Source: Pseudomonadota bacterium
GTDB taxonomy: Bacteria; Pseudomonadota; Alphaproteobacteria; Rhizobiales; Hyphomicrobiaceae
Length of the DNA: 64,000 nt
Assembly: GCA_039819785.1 (NCBI GenBank)
Contig: JBCBRH010000009.1
Span: forward strand, 30,885 to 94,884
Direction: 5' to 3'
The position numbers and the translations under genes were made by a program. Shown in pieces: positions 22,020 to 32,139 of this stretch. Positions within the stretch are counted from its first letter, which is position 1. Each line of letters starts with the position of its first letter. Under the pieces are notes generated by a model, which was given only the letters and a program-made list of their open reading frames with translations, ran no database searches and was not told where the DNA came from.

Positions 22020-22295
22020 ATGACAGACTTGAATTCAACAAAGGACACGAACCTAATGCCCATGGAAGCTGGCGAAATCGAGCGCTTGATCAAAGACGCC
22101 CTTCCCGATGCGGAAGTCGAAATCAAGGACCTTGCCGGCGATGGCGACCATTACGCCGCCCACGTCATCTCGGCATCCTTCAAGGGCAAATCCCGCGTCC
22201 AGCAACACCAGATGATCTACGCGGCACTCCAGGGAAACATGGGCGGTGTTCTGCACGCGCTCGCACTCACCACCGCTGCCCCCAAAGAACAATGA
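22020..22295 (+). CDS. BolA family protein
   Basis: ...DGDHYAAHVISASFKGKSRVQQHQMIYAAL... is the BolA core. The start is uncertain: ATGs at 22020, 22056 and 22062. Confidence 0.85.
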   Translation: MTDLNSTKDTNLMPMEAGEIERLIKDALPDAEVEIKDLAGDGDHYAAHVISASFKGKSRVQQHQMIYAALQGNMGGVLHALALTTAAPKEQ

Positions 22296-22377
22296 CGCCC
22301 AGCCGTTGACCATTCAGCAGCCAAGGGCCACTTTAAATGCCAATCAGTTGGCGCGTTGACGCATTCGAAAGGACGAA

Positions 22378-22731
22378 ATGATGAGCGAACAAGAGGTCCA
22401 GGACTGGATCCGCAAGCAGGTTGCATCGAACGATGTGGTTCTATTCATGAAGGGGACCAGCAAGTTCCCACAATGTGGGTTTTCCGGCCAGGTGACGCAG
22501 ATCCTCGGCTATGTCGGGGTCGACTACAAAGACATTAACGTGCTGGACGACATGGCCGTGCGCGATGGCATCAAGGCGTTTTCCAACTGGCCGACAATCC
22601 CGCAGCTTTACGTAAAGGGCGAGTTTGTGGGTGGATGCGATATTATCCGTGAGATGTTCCAGGCTGGCGAACTGGCTGACCTGCTCAAGGAAAAAGGCGT
22701 CCCCTTCGACAATTCGAAGATGACGGCCTAA
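22378..22731 (+). CDS. grxD: Grx4-type monothiol glutaredoxin
   Basis: VVLFMKGTSKFPQCGFSGQV (CGFS active site), WPTIPQLYVKGEFVGGCDI. Confidence 0.9.
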   Translation: MMSEQEVQDWIRKQVASNDVVLFMKGTSKFPQCGFSGQVTQILGYVGVDYKDINVLDDMAVRDGIKAFSNWPTIPQLYVKGEFVGGCDIIREMFQAGELADLLKEKGVPFDNSKMTA

Positions 22732-22918
22732 TCGGACGTCGCCGGGCTTAGCCGCGTATCCATGCAGTTAACGCTGAACGCGACGCGATTGTCTTTTGTG
22801 CGGAGCGCGCGCAAACCGCCCTGCAACGGACATATCCGCACTATTCAATTATACTCAACGCGGCCGGAGCCTCCCAGCTCCGGCCGTAACCGTTTCGATC
22901 CATCCGGACCCTTGTCAC

Positions 22919-24004
22919 ATGCGCCTTGGCGGACGCCGATTTCTGTTGAGCCTCGCAATCCTCGGGGCCTCGGTGTGTCTGGCGCTTGGCATCACGCTGC
23001 CGGTGATCAAGCTGACGAAGTATGTGTTTTGGGAAACACAGCACTCGCTGCTATCGACGGTTGAAGTGCTGCTGCGCGATCAACAATGGTTTCTCGGCCT
23101 GACCGTCTTGATCTTTTCAATCATCTTTCCAGTTTTTAAGCTGCTGTATCTACTGTCCATTTCAACACTACCAGCCGTTGAGATCCGTCGTCAGCGCTGG
23201 CGATTGCGTGCGATCGAGTGGCTGGGCAAATGGTCCATGCATGACGTCCTGGTGCTGGCGCTGATGATCTTCTTCATCAAGAGCCAGGGCTTGTACGATG
23301 CGACAAGCGTCAACGGCGTCTATTTCTTCACTGCTGGAATTGTCTTGATGATCCTGGCCTATGCGTGGCTGCCGGATGTCGCGCAGTCAGGCACACAGGC
23401 CATGCGGGAGGAGGACGCGCTGAGCGGGCCCGATGCTGCGATCGTGGCGCCGGCATCGACCTTTCGCAACTTCGTCCTAAGCTTCCTCATCATCGTTGCG
23501 ACGGTTTTCTTTGCACTCGGCGTCATTCTTCCAGTGATCCGCTTTACCACCGTCTATGTTTGGACGGCCGAGCACTCCATTGCGACGATCATCTACGCGC
23601 TCTATCAAAACGGCGAACTGTTCTTGTGTACTGTCCTTTTTATCTTCTCGATCCTGTTTCCATTCCTGAAGCTGTTTTATCTGCTGACGCTGGTCACCTC
23701 GCCTGATGTGACCACGGAGTTCCGTCGCAAGTCCATCAACACCATGGAGTGGCTGGGGCGCTATTCCATGACCGATGTCATGGTGCTGGCGCTCATTATC
23801 TTTTACGTGAACTCATCGGGTTATACGGAAGCCGTCGTGCAACCTGGCGTCTATTTCTTCGCCGCGAGCGCGCTCATAACAATGCTGGCCTACGGTTGGG
23901 CCAACACGACGAGGCCAAAGCCTCGAAAGGGCCAGCGGGCCCAGTCAACGCCCGCGAACGCAACCGCCGGCGAGCCGGCCAGCAACTCGACTTTGCCAGC
24001 TTAG
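22919..24004 (+). CDS. PqiA-family integral membrane protein (two tandem PqiA repeats)
   Basis: Two homologous halves (LGITLPVIKLTKYVFWETQHSLLSTV...IFSIIFPVFKLLYLL / LGVILPVIRFTTVYVWTAEHSIATII...IFSILFPFLKLFYLL, each followed by EWLG[KR][WY]SM.DV.VLAL). Start placed at the ATG at 22919. Confidence 0.7.
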   Translation: MRLGGRRFLLSLAILGASVCLALGITLPVIKLTKYVFWETQHSLLSTVEVLLRDQQWFLGLTVLIFSIIFPVFKLLYLLSISTLPAVEIRRQRWRLRAIEWLGKWSMHDVLVLALMIFFIKSQGLYDATSVNGVYFFTAGIVLMILAYAWLPDVAQSGTQAMREEDALSGPDAAIVAPASTFRNFVLSFLIIVATVFFALGVILPVIRFTTVYVWTAEHSIATIIYALYQNGELFLCTVLFIFSILFPFLKLFYLLTLVTSPDVTTEFRRKSINTMEWLGRYSMTDVMVLALIIFYVNSSGYTEAVVQPGVYFFAASALITMLAYGWANTTRPKPRKGQRAQSTPANATAGEPASNSTLPA

Positions 24005-24211
24005 AGGCAGACGCCACGGATTGCATGGCGTGCACCTTGGAGTGCCGCCTCTGTTCCAAACGGAACACCGTTCACCGGCCGCCTTGCGTATCACCATCAG
24101 CCTCTGCTCCTGCACTTTCGGCTTCCGCATTTGAAAAACGATGCCGGGCTCACGTGTGGCCGTCCTCGCGCAACGGTCCCAAGGAGCGATGGTTAGTGAA
24201 AGGCAACAAAA

Positions 24212-25186
24212 ATGAACAAGCCAGAACCACGCTATCTGCCCCACAAGAGCAGTCGATTGTTTCTGACGGACGGTGGCCTTGAAACCGTTCTCGTCTTCCA
24301 AAAAGGCATCGAGCTGCCAAGCTTCGCTTCGATTGTCCTTATGAAAACGCCGGAAGGGCGCGACTTCCTCAAGGCGTACTTTGAACCGTTTGTGGCGATC
24401 GCACGGGCCACAGGCTGCGGTCTCATTCTGGAAAGCCCCACATGGCGTGCGAGCCCGGATTGGCAGACGGCCGTGGGCTTTTCAAACCTCGACCAATTGG
24501 CGGCAGCCAACGCTGCTTCAATCGCGTTGCTTGATGAGGTGAGACAAAGCCTTGAAACACCGGCAGCCCCCATGGTGATCTCAGGTTGCATTGGCCCACG
24601 AGGCGACGGGTACACGCCGGACACCGTCATGACAGCCAATGAAGCCGAGGCATATCACGCATGGCAGGTCAGGGTGTTGAAGGATGCTGGAGCCGATCTG
24701 CTCAGCGCGCTCACACTCACCACAATCAATGAGGCCGTCGGGCTCACGCGCGCTGCGAAGAAAGCGCATATACCGGTCGCCGTCTCGTTCACGATCGAAG
24801 TTGATGGCCGTTTGCCAAGCGGACCGACACTGGGTGAAGCGATTGCAGCGGTCGATGAGGCAACAGGCTGTGCACCGGCATACTTTATGATCAATTGCGC
24901 GCACCCGGACCACATCGCCCAGACCCTTCGATCGACCGGACCGTGGATCGAACGAATCAGCGGGATTCGAGCCAATGCATCCCGGTGTTCACATGCGGAG
25001 TTGGATGCCTGCGAGAAACTGGACGACGGTTACCCCATCGAATTGGGCCGCCAGGTGGCTGACCTGCGCACCATTTTCCCGAACTTGATCGTGATGGGCG
25101 GCTGCTGCGGGACGGATTATCGCCACATCGCAGAAATTGCGCGAGCTATGATGACCCCTACGCAACATCAAGAGGCGGCAGCTTGA
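24212..25186 (+). CDS. Homocysteine S-methyltransferase family protein
   Basis: LTDGGLETVLVF N-terminus, INCAHP and GGCCGTD zinc-ligand motifs of the Pfam S-methyl_trans family. Confidence 0.8.
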   Translation: MNKPEPRYLPHKSSRLFLTDGGLETVLVFQKGIELPSFASIVLMKTPEGRDFLKAYFEPFVAIARATGCGLILESPTWRASPDWQTAVGFSNLDQLAAANAASIALLDEVRQSLETPAAPMVISGCIGPRGDGYTPDTVMTANEAEAYHAWQVRVLKDAGADLLSALTLTTINEAVGLTRAAKKAHIPVAVSFTIEVDGRLPSGPTLGEAIAAVDEATGCAPAYFMINCAHPDHIAQTLRSTGPWIERISGIRANASRCSHAELDACEKLDDGYPIELGRQVADLRTIFPNLIVMGGCCGTDYRHIAEIARAMMTPTQHQEAAA

Positions 25187-25213
25187 ACGCGGTCGAACCC
25201 ACGTCGTCGATAC

Positions 25214-25254
25214 AAAAAAGAGCGGGGACCGATCGGGTCTCCGCTCTTCTTGTT
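25214..25254. terminator. Bidirectional intrinsic terminator between convergent genes (homocysteine methyltransferase / rpsD)
   Basis: A6-GAGCGGGGACC-gatc-GGGTCTCCGCTC-TTCTTGTT: an 11-bp stem (one G:T) flanked by an A-run and a T-rich run. Confidence 0.65.
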
Positions 25255-25315
25255 CAGATCTACAAACCCTCGCGTAGCCATTGAGGCGCAAAGCGGTTGC
25301 AGTCAGCCAATGGCC

Positions 25316-25933
25316 CTATCGTGAATAGAACTCGACCACAAGGTTGGGTTCCATCGTCACGGGATAAGGGACATCCGCAAGGGTTGGGATGCGCACGTAT
25401 CTCGCCGTCATCTTGGTTTCGTCAACGTCAAGATAGTCTGGAACGTCGCGCTCAGCCGATTGCATGGCTTCCATAACGAGCGGCAACTGCCGGCTTTTTT
25501 CACGGACTTCAACGACGTCATCGACACCGACGCGATAGCTGGGAATCGTAACCTTGCGACCGTTAACGAAGACATGTCCATGGCTGACGAACTGGCGCGC
25601 AGCGAAAACGGTGGGTACAAACTTGGCGCGGTAGACGACGGCGTCAAGACGACGCTCCAGAAGACCGATCATCAGCTCACTCGTTGAGCCCTTCAACCGA
25701 ACCGCTTCTTTGTATGTGCGCAAGAACTGACGTTCGGTGATGTTGCCGTAGTAGCCCTTGAGCTTCTGCTTGGCGCGCAACTGCTGACCGAAATCAGACA
25801 GCTTGCTCATGCGCCGATCACCGTGTTGGCCAGGGCGGCTCTCGCGCTTGTTGAACGGACTTTTCGGTCGACCCCAAATGTTTTCGCCCATACGGCGGTC
25901 GATTTTATGTTTGGCGCGAATGCGCTTCGTCAT
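25316..25933 (-). CDS. rpsD: 30S ribosomal protein S4
   Basis: [30 protein letters not shown]... and the S4 RNA-binding domain [38 protein letters not shown] 7 nt upstream of the ATG at 25933. Confidence 0.95.
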   Translation of the reverse strand: MTKRIRAKHKIDRRMGENIWGRPKSPFNKRESRPGQHGDRRMSKLSDFGQQLRAKQKLKGYYGNITERQFLRTYKEAVRLKGSTSELMIGLLERRLDAVVYRAKFVPTVFAARQFVSHGHVFVNGRKVTIPSYRVGVDDVVEVREKSRQLPLVMEAMQSAERDVPDYLDVDETKMTARYVRIPTLADVPYPVTMEPNLVVEFYSR

Positions 25934-26098
25934 GTTAGCACTCCGAAGATGAGAAGGATCATGGATGTGATCGCGGAGCGCCCCCTCCTTTGCCGGAACG
26001 ATCATCGTCCCAGCCGACAGGTCGAACGGCTCGCAGCAACAAGGACGAACCTTGAAAACATGCCATGAGTGTTTCAACCACGGGTGCGCAAGAAATCA

Positions 26099-26121
26099 GC
26101 GCGGGCCTTTTCGACCCGCGC
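26099..26121 (-). terminator. Hairpin, possible terminator of the gene ending at 26222
   Basis: Perfect 7-bp stem GCGCGGG/CCCGCGC, 9-nt loop, followed on the minus strand by TGATTTCTT. Confidence 0.4.
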
Positions 26122-26221
26122 TAACTCGTGTTGGATAAGCAGAACAACCTGTTTCGTCAAGCCCAATCCGGACCAGTACGCCAGGCATCTCGCCCGACCT
26201 GAGCCCTGATTTAGGCGGGTC

Positions 26222-26806
26222 TCACTGCTGTGTCGCAGCAGGCCGTTCGCTCTCTGCCTTGGCGAACTTCGGCCCGTTGTTGACGTAAGCGACGATAATT
26301 TCCCTAACTTTGGACTTTTGCTCGTCGCTGCATGTGGCAGCCTTCGCGGCGCTCTCGTCGATCTCGACTTCCTTGTCGCCTTGCTTTTCGACAATCCGCA
26401 CCTTGCCGGTCAACAGCATAACGGTCGTCAGATGCAGCTGGCTGATGTAGACCATCTGCTGCTCGGTCCACTTTTTCTTCAAGCCCTCGCGATACATCAG
26501 TGTGCGGTAGTTTAGAACCTGCTCATTGATGAGGTCGCAGCGTTGCGCGTGGGCCGACATCCGGCCAACGCGGATAACTTCGCGGGCCACATCCAACGGC
26601 ACCACGATTTCCTCTTTCTTGGTCTTGTCGATCGTGATCGTCTTGCCGTTTGGCGGCGTGAACTGTCCCGGGACAAGGCTCCACGCGTATTCCATGAATT
26701 TGCGTGCCGAGCTTTCACTCAACTGTTCCGCCTGCGCTGGAACAACCATTCCCGCCACGACCAGGGCACCGATGATGTGACCCTGAATTCGCCTATTGAT
26801 CCGCAT
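26222..26806 (-). CDS. Periplasmic hypothetical protein
   Basis: Signal peptide (IIGALVVAGMVVPAQAEQ), Lys/Glu-rich mature part. No motif recognised. Confidence 0.5.
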   Translation of the reverse strand: MRINRRIQGHIIGALVVAGMVVPAQAEQLSESSARKFMEYAWSLVPGQFTPPNGKTITIDKTKKEEIVVPLDVAREVIRVGRMSAHAQRCDLINEQVLNYRTLMYREGLKKKWTEQQMVYISQLHLTTVMLLTGKVRIVEKQGDKEVEIDESAAKAATCSDEQKSKVREIIVAYVNNGPKFAKAESERPAATQQ

Positions 26807-26988
26807 CTCCCATTAGCCCCTATGTGTCTCAACGGTTATTGTTTTATATCCAATCCCAGCATTTCAGCTGCCGATTGACTAGCCGTGTGCACTTCGACCC
26901 AAAACCCTAAGTCCTGTCCCACCACACCCGTTCGGCGGTCATCGCTCTGCTCAAAACTTGGCTTGAATAAGGCAGCAATCCAATGCGT

Positions 26989-28311
26989 TCAGGAGCCTTT
27001 CGCCGAGCCTCTTCGAAGCGTGGCCACGATACCACGCCATGTTCTCACTTCTTGGGACGTCAAAGTCATTCGGGTCAACATGGTTCGCAGGTTTTTAACG
27101 ACTGAAGGGCGGCGATGCTGCGGCGCAAAAAACTCAGCATCATCCAGCGCAGCTTCCAGATGCTCAAACAAACCGACCAGTTCGGCTTTCGTGGCCGGAA
27201 CATCCTTCCCGATCTTAAGCCCTTCAGATATTGGCTTTTCCAACGATGTGACGCGCCCGAGGCTATAGCGGTCGGTGGTCAGCATGAAGGCATACCCCAT
27301 CAACAAGACGGCCTGAGCAAGGTTTAACGAAGCAAAACGACTGTCGACCGGGATCATCACCAAGGCGTCGGCTTCGGCCAGCTCATCGGACGACAGTCCG
27401 CTGCTTTCGCGGCCAAACAACACACCGCACCGTTGTCCACTGGCAATACGCCGGCTCATCTCCTCAGCTGCCTGCTGCGGGGTCATGACGGGTTTGCGAA
27501 GGTGCCGCTGGCGCGCTGTGGTTGCACAGACCCACTGCAGGTCACCCACGGCATTGGTAACAGCGCCATGCGATGAGCCTGCATCGATGATGAAATTCGC
27601 GCCGGCGGCAGCCACGCGGGCTTTTTCGTTGGGCCAGCCATCGCGCGGGGCGACCAGCCTCAGATCATCCAGACCAAAGTTGCCCATGGCTCGTGCGACC
27701 ATGCCGATGTTATCGGCAAGTTGTGGCTCAACAAGGATAATCGCAGGCGTCTCGCCAACGCCGGCAAGCGGGTTGATGTTCTGACCCGTCTTGGGCAGGC
27801 CGTGACGGAGCTTCCGCAGAACCCGGCGCGCAAGATACCAGGTCTCCCGGCCCGACCACCCTTGCGTAAACGCGTCCATGTCCGCGAACGTACGTTTTGA
27901 TGACCCGGACCCATTGATCACAGCAACTTCACGCGTGAGCCGGATTTCAGCGTGATCAGCAATGAAATCCTGGATGGAGTGATGCCCAAGCTGCTTTGCA
28001 CGCATGCGGCAACCGGGGCAGGTGACATGATCGGCCTCGCACCGCCGTTCCGCGCAATAGACCAGGGCTGCATCAAGTTCATCATGATTGAGAACGGCAC
28101 CAAAGTCGCCTTCTTCGAGCCTTGAGACCGGCACATCCCGCAGCTTGAACACCAAGTCACCGAGGATCTGATCGCCATCCGGGGGAGGGCCGCACACAGT
28201 TGGCACCCGCCAGCCATCGCGTTCGGCGCACCTGACGATCGTTTCCGAGCCGGATTCTGGGCCAATCTGAGATGCTTCCGAGCCTACGGCGTGTTCAGGT
28301 TCATCATCCAC
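26989..28311 (-). CDS. SpoU/TrmH-class RNA 2'-O-methyltransferase (TrmJ-like) with about 145-aa N-terminal Cys-containing extension
   Basis: C-terminal 290 aa: AIILVEPQLADNIGMVARAMGNFG, VLFGRESSGLS, IPV...ASLNLAQAV (SPOUT motifs). The N-terminal part carries C-x4-C-x7-C-x2-C. An internal ATG at 27879 would give a conventional-length protein. Confidence 0.7.
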   Translation of the reverse strand: MDDEPEHAVGSEASQIGPESGSETIVRCAERDGWRVPTVCGPPPDGDQILGDLVFKLRDVPVSRLEEGDFGAVLNHDELDAALVYCAERRCEADHVTCPGCRMRAKQLGHHSIQDFIADHAEIRLTREVAVINGSGSSKRTFADMDAFTQGWSGRETWYLARRVLRKLRHGLPKTGQNINPLAGVGETPAIILVEPQLADNIGMVARAMGNFGLDDLRLVAPRDGWPNEKARVAAAGANFIIDAGSSHGAVTNAVGDLQWVCATTARQRHLRKPVMTPQQAAEEMSRRIASGQRCGVLFGRESSGLSSDELAEADALVMIPVDSRFASLNLAQAVLLMGYAFMLTTDRYSLGRVTSLEKPISEGLKIGKDVPATKAELVGLFEHLEAALDDAEFFAPQHRRPSVVKNLRTMLTRMTLTSQEVRTWRGIVATLRRGSAKGS

Positions 28312-28468
28312 AGCGATCTAGCGCGTCCTTTTTGATGCGGGTGCGTTCCAAGTCCCGATTAGCCCAATCGACGCATTGTTGCCAGGAAGTCTCATATGTA
28401 GGTTGCGCGCAGTCCGGCAGTCGCACACGTCGCCGCACTGCTCCCTCCCAGCATTTCCGAGGTCTCCT

Positions 28469-29692
28469 ATGCAGAAAATCAAGGTTGAAGGTACGGTCGT
28501 CGAGCTCGACGGCGATGAGATGACACGGATCATCTGGCAGTTCATCAAAGACAAGCTCATCCATCCCTATCTGGATGTGAACCTTGAATACTATGACCTC
28601 GGTATCGAATATCGCGACAAAACCGATGATCAGGTGACGGTCGATGCAGCCAACGCCATTCGCAAACACGGCGTCGGTGTCAAATGCGCCACCATCACAC
28701 CCGATGAAGCGCGTGTGGAGGAATTCGGCCTCAAGCGGATGTATCGTTCGCCCAACGGCACGATCCGGAACATTCTAGGCGGTGTTATTTTCCGCGAGCC
28801 GATCATCTGTTCCAACGTCCCGCGCCTTGTTCCAGGCTGGACGCAGCCGATTATCGTCGGACGTCATGCCTTCGGCGATCAGTATCGCGCGACCGACTTT
28901 TTGTTCCCCGGCAAAGGCAAGCTGACGATTAAGTTCGTAGGCGAAGACGGCGAAGTGATCGAACGCGAAGTGTTCGACGCCCCAGGCTCCGGTGTCGCCA
29001 TGGCGATGTATAACCTGGACGAATCCATCAAGGACTTTGCCCGCGCCTCCCTGAACTACGGTCTGCAGCGCGGCTACCCTGTCTACCTGTCGACCAAGAA
29101 TACGATCATGAAGGCCTACGACGGGCGCTTCAAGGACATCTTCGAAGAGATCTATCAGGCTGAGTTCAAAGCCCAGTTCGACGGAAAAGGCATCATTTAC
29201 GAGCACCGTTTGATCGACGACATGGTGGCCTCGGCGATGAAGTGGTCGGGCGGCTATGTGTGGGCTTGTAAGAACTACGATGGCGATGTGCAGTCTGACA
29301 CTGTCGCACAAGGATTTGGGTCACTCGGGCTCATGACCTCCGTCCTCATGACCCCAGATGGCAAAACGGTCGAGGCAGAGGCCGCGCACGGTACGGTGAC
29401 GCGCCACTATCGCGAACACCAAAAGGGCAACGCGACATCGACGAACTCGATCGCATCGATTTTTGCATGGACCCGTGGCTTGGCGCATCGGGCGAAGCTG
29501 GACGACAATTTGGCCCTGGCCACATTCACCCAGGCACTCGAGCAGGTGTGTATCCGAACCGTCGAAAGCGGGCACATGACCAAGGACCTCGCCTTGCTGG
29601 TCGGCCCCGATCAACCGTGGCTCACAACCATGGGCTTCCTGGAAAAGGTCGACGAAAACCTGCAAGCAGCACTCGAAGCGAAAGCTGCCTGA
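28469..29692 (+). CDS. icd: NADP-dependent isocitrate dehydrogenase (eukaryote-like homodimeric type)
   Basis: [23 protein letters not shown]..., [35 protein letters not shown] before the ATG at 28469. Confidence 0.95.
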   Translation: MQKIKVEGTVVELDGDEMTRIIWQFIKDKLIHPYLDVNLEYYDLGIEYRDKTDDQVTVDAANAIRKHGVGVKCATITPDEARVEEFGLKRMYRSPNGTIRNILGGVIFREPIICSNVPRLVPGWTQPIIVGRHAFGDQYRATDFLFPGKGKLTIKFVGEDGEVIEREVFDAPGSGVAMAMYNLDESIKDFARASLNYGLQRGYPVYLSTKNTIMKAYDGRFKDIFEEIYQAEFKAQFDGKGIIYEHRLIDDMVASAMKWSGGYVWACKNYDGDVQSDTVAQGFGSLGLMTSVLMTPDGKTVEAEAAHGTVTRHYREHQKGNATSTNSIASIFAWTRGLAHRAKLDDNLALATFTQALEQVCIRTVESGHMTKDLALLVGPDQPWLTTMGFLEKVDENLQAALEAKAA

Positions 29693-29919
29693 CGGCGGCC
29701 CACATCAATCAGGACGAATGCAGGCTAGGAAAAACGCAGGCTGCCAGAACACGACCTTTTGGCGGCCTGCCCCCTCGGCGCGCCCTCACAGCATCGATAC
29801 CGGGGCGTTCGCGAGGCCCGCAGCGAGCAAGACGGCTTTCGCCGGTTTCGGGATCTGACGGAACACGCGAGGCGTTTAGGTCTTTACACTCTGGCTGTGG
29901 TAACCGACTAACGCTAAGC

Positions 29920-30726
29920 CTACGGCACTTCATCAGCCCAGACGCGAAAGCTCTCAAGGGTGTTTGGGCCGAATGTTGTCACCATGGCCACGTCGGCAGC
30001 ATCGCGCCCACGCGCAATGAGAATACGCCCAGCCCGCAGCGTATTGTTACGCGGATCAAACGTGATCCACCGTCCGTCGAGATAGGCTTCGAACCACGCC
30101 GCAAAGTCGCCGGGGGGATAGGGCTTCGGCGTCCCCACATCACTGAGATAGCCCGTGCAATAGCGGGCCGGTATGTTAAGGGCGCGGCAAAAGGCGACCG
30201 CGAGGTGCGCGTAGTCCCGGCAAACACCGACACCTTCTTCATAGGCCTCGGCAGCCGTTCGTGTCGGGCGCGCCTGCAGATAATCGAACGCGATATGCTC
30301 GTGGACAAAGTCGCAGATCGCGCGGACGCGGCCCAGACCCGGCTCAGCCTTGCCAAACAGCTCCCAGCTCATGTCGAGCATCTTGTCGCTCTCGCAAAAA
30401 CGGCTGGCGAGCAGAAAAAGGACAGCATCATTGGGCAGGTCTTCGACAGGAACCTGCCCCGCCTTCTGCGGTACGGGATCAGCAAGCCCGGTATCACGGA
30501 TCGTAGTATCACTGGAAATAACAACACGACCGGCTGGCGCAACCACGCGGCTACACCAGTTACCGAAGTGGTCGCGGTAACCATCGACAAGCGACGTTGG
30601 CTGCATGACAATGTGATCAGCGCCGATAAGATCGCTGACGCGTGAATGATGGACATTCAGCATCAAAAGGCACGGTGTAGGATTGGCAAACTGATAGGTG
30701 AACTCGTAGCCGATCTGAAGATGCAT
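29920..30726 (-). CDS. Transglutaminase-like cysteine peptidase family protein
   Basis: 268 aa. GVCRDYAHLAVAFCRALNIPARYCTGY (catalytic Cys context), then the FAAWFEAYLDGRWITFDP region typical of the family. Confidence 0.8.
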   Translation of the reverse strand: MHLQIGYEFTYQFANPTPCLLMLNVHHSRVSDLIGADHIVMQPTSLVDGYRDHFGNWCSRVVAPAGRVVISSDTTIRDTGLADPVPQKAGQVPVEDLPNDAVLFLLASRFCESDKMLDMSWELFGKAEPGLGRVRAICDFVHEHIAFDYLQARPTRTAAEAYEEGVGVCRDYAHLAVAFCRALNIPARYCTGYLSDVGTPKPYPPGDFAAWFEAYLDGRWITFDPRNNTLRAGRILIARGRDAADVAMVTTFGPNTLESFRVWADEVP

Positions 30727-30942
30727 GGCGTGACCTCGCTTTCAAGCGACGACCAAAATCATCCTCGCGCGCTCAGGCGTAGCACATTGCGCTCATGATC
30801 TGGAGCGGAATAGGCACGGAGTAGGGATCGCACGCCGCCCGTCGATCCACCCACCGATGCAGCGGGCAACCAGACGCCCTGAAAGCGCCAGCAACCGTCG
30901 CACCCTACGAGGACTGGCATCGTCCAGAACGACAATCGCTCT

Positions 30943-31503
30943 TTATTCGCTTTTCGATTTGCTCTTGGCTTGAAAGTCGCGTTGCTGATCAAGAACATAG
31001 AGCGTGAGTGCTGCAAGCTCGGGCGTCTGCCACCCCAGTGGTTCGGAATCCATAGTCACGACGAGACATAGCTGAACCATCTCATCGGCGGTCACCTGAT
31101 CCATCCCCGCACGCTTCGCAGCCATGCCAACCGCATGCGGGTAGGGCTCCAAGAAAGTCTTTTCATACGCCTCGTATTTGAAATGGCAAGACTTGCATGT
31201 CAGGCCATTCTCACTGAGCTTCAGGCTATCAAACAGCTTCTCGCCCTGTTTCAAGGCGGCCGCCTGATCGCTCAGTTCAATCAGGTTTGACCCACTGGGC
31301 CGCGTCACGGTGGCCGGGTCGACCTTCTTGCCTGCAGCCATCAAAGGCGTTGTGACCAGGCCAAACCATAAGCCGCCAATCACTGCCACAAATGCATATA
31401 CGCCCGCACCGAGATACGCAGGCCGTTTACGCTCGGCACTTTTGTTTAAGGCATTTAGCGCTTTAGCACCGTGCCTCGTGGCACGCATTGTCTGAGCACG
31501 CAT
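30943..31503 (-). CDS. Membrane-anchored mono-haem c-type cytochrome
   Basis: One TM helix (GAGVYAFVAVIGGLWFGLVTTPLMAA) and a single CKSCH haem-binding motif. The ATG at 31503 has AGGA 7 nt upstream; the track ORF starts at a GTG at 31554. Confidence 0.55.
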   Translation of the reverse strand: MRAQTMRATRHGAKALNALNKSAERKRPAYLGAGVYAFVAVIGGLWFGLVTTPLMAAGKKVDPATVTRPSGSNLIELSDQAAALKQGEKLFDSLKLSENGLTCKSCHFKYEAYEKTFLEPYPHAVGMAAKRAGMDQVTADEMVQLCLVVTMDSEPLGWQTPELAALTLYVLDQQRDFQAKSKSKSE

Positions 31504-31584
31504 GGTCGGGTCCTGATCACAAAGGTCTGCTGAAGAAAAAGTCCGGGAAGACACGCCAACGACGTTGTCGGAAAAGGGCGCGTC

Positions 31585-32049
31585 TTAACCGAACATGCGC
31601 GCGAAGAACCCTTTCTTCTCAGCAGGCGGTGTTGCAGCGACGACTTCATCGGCAGCCGCCGTCATAACGCCCTGGAGTGTCGTGTAAGTCGTGACCCAGG
31701 CCTCTTTGACATCCGGCGTGAAATCATCGCCGAGACCCTTTTCGAGCGTATAGATCAAGGCTTCACCGACGGGCTTGTACTGCTCGTTTGTGACACCGTA
31801 CCCAACGTGCTTGCGCCCAAGGTCTTGGACAGCGGGAATGATCGTATCGACTTGATGCAGGCTACCAACAGCAGTACCCAGCATTGCCATCAGCTTGCCG
31901 CCTTGCTCACTCATGTCCTCTGGAAACATGGGGCGGACCTCGGGTGCGATTTCGAACAACCGCGTATAGAAAATATCGGCAGCCTGTGGCGCGATTGGAA
32001 CGACCTTTTGAAAGCTGTCCTGCACCAGTTTGACCTGTTCGGGCGTCAT
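31585..32049 (-). CDS. Single-domain globin (sensor/protoglobin-like), cytoplasmic
   Basis: MTPEQVKLVQDSFQKVVPIAPQAADIFYTRLFEIAPEVRPMF... and ...LGRKHVGYGV (proximal His context). No signal peptide. Strong GAGGAGG RBS. Confidence 0.75.
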   Translation of the reverse strand: MTPEQVKLVQDSFQKVVPIAPQAADIFYTRLFEIAPEVRPMFPEDMSEQGGKLMAMLGTAVGSLHQVDTIIPAVQDLGRKHVGYGVTNEQYKPVGEALIYTLEKGLGDDFTPDVKEAWVTTYTTLQGVMTAAADEVVAATPPAEKKGFFARMFG

Positions 32050-32139
32050 GATGACCTCCTCATCTTTTTGAAAAATTCGTTTCAGATCACGAAGCGTTCA
32101 CTGCGGGAAAGCCTGACGCCTTCCCGCAGTTTTGAGTGC

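Noticed and set aside
24005-24211. Possible SAM-II or SAM-responsive riboswitch upstream of the homocysteine S-methyltransferase gene
   Set aside because: Only a generic hairpin (ACGCCA-N9-TGGCGT) directly after the pqiA-like stop. No SAM-II-like conserved core was recognisable by eye. This is unverified without an Rfam scan.
29467-30645. 392-aa ORF on the plus strand
   Set aside because: It lies entirely antisense to the well-supported transglutaminase gene. Its translation is Arg/Pro/Gly/Ala-rich with no motifs, which is typical of a shadow ORF in GC-rich DNA.
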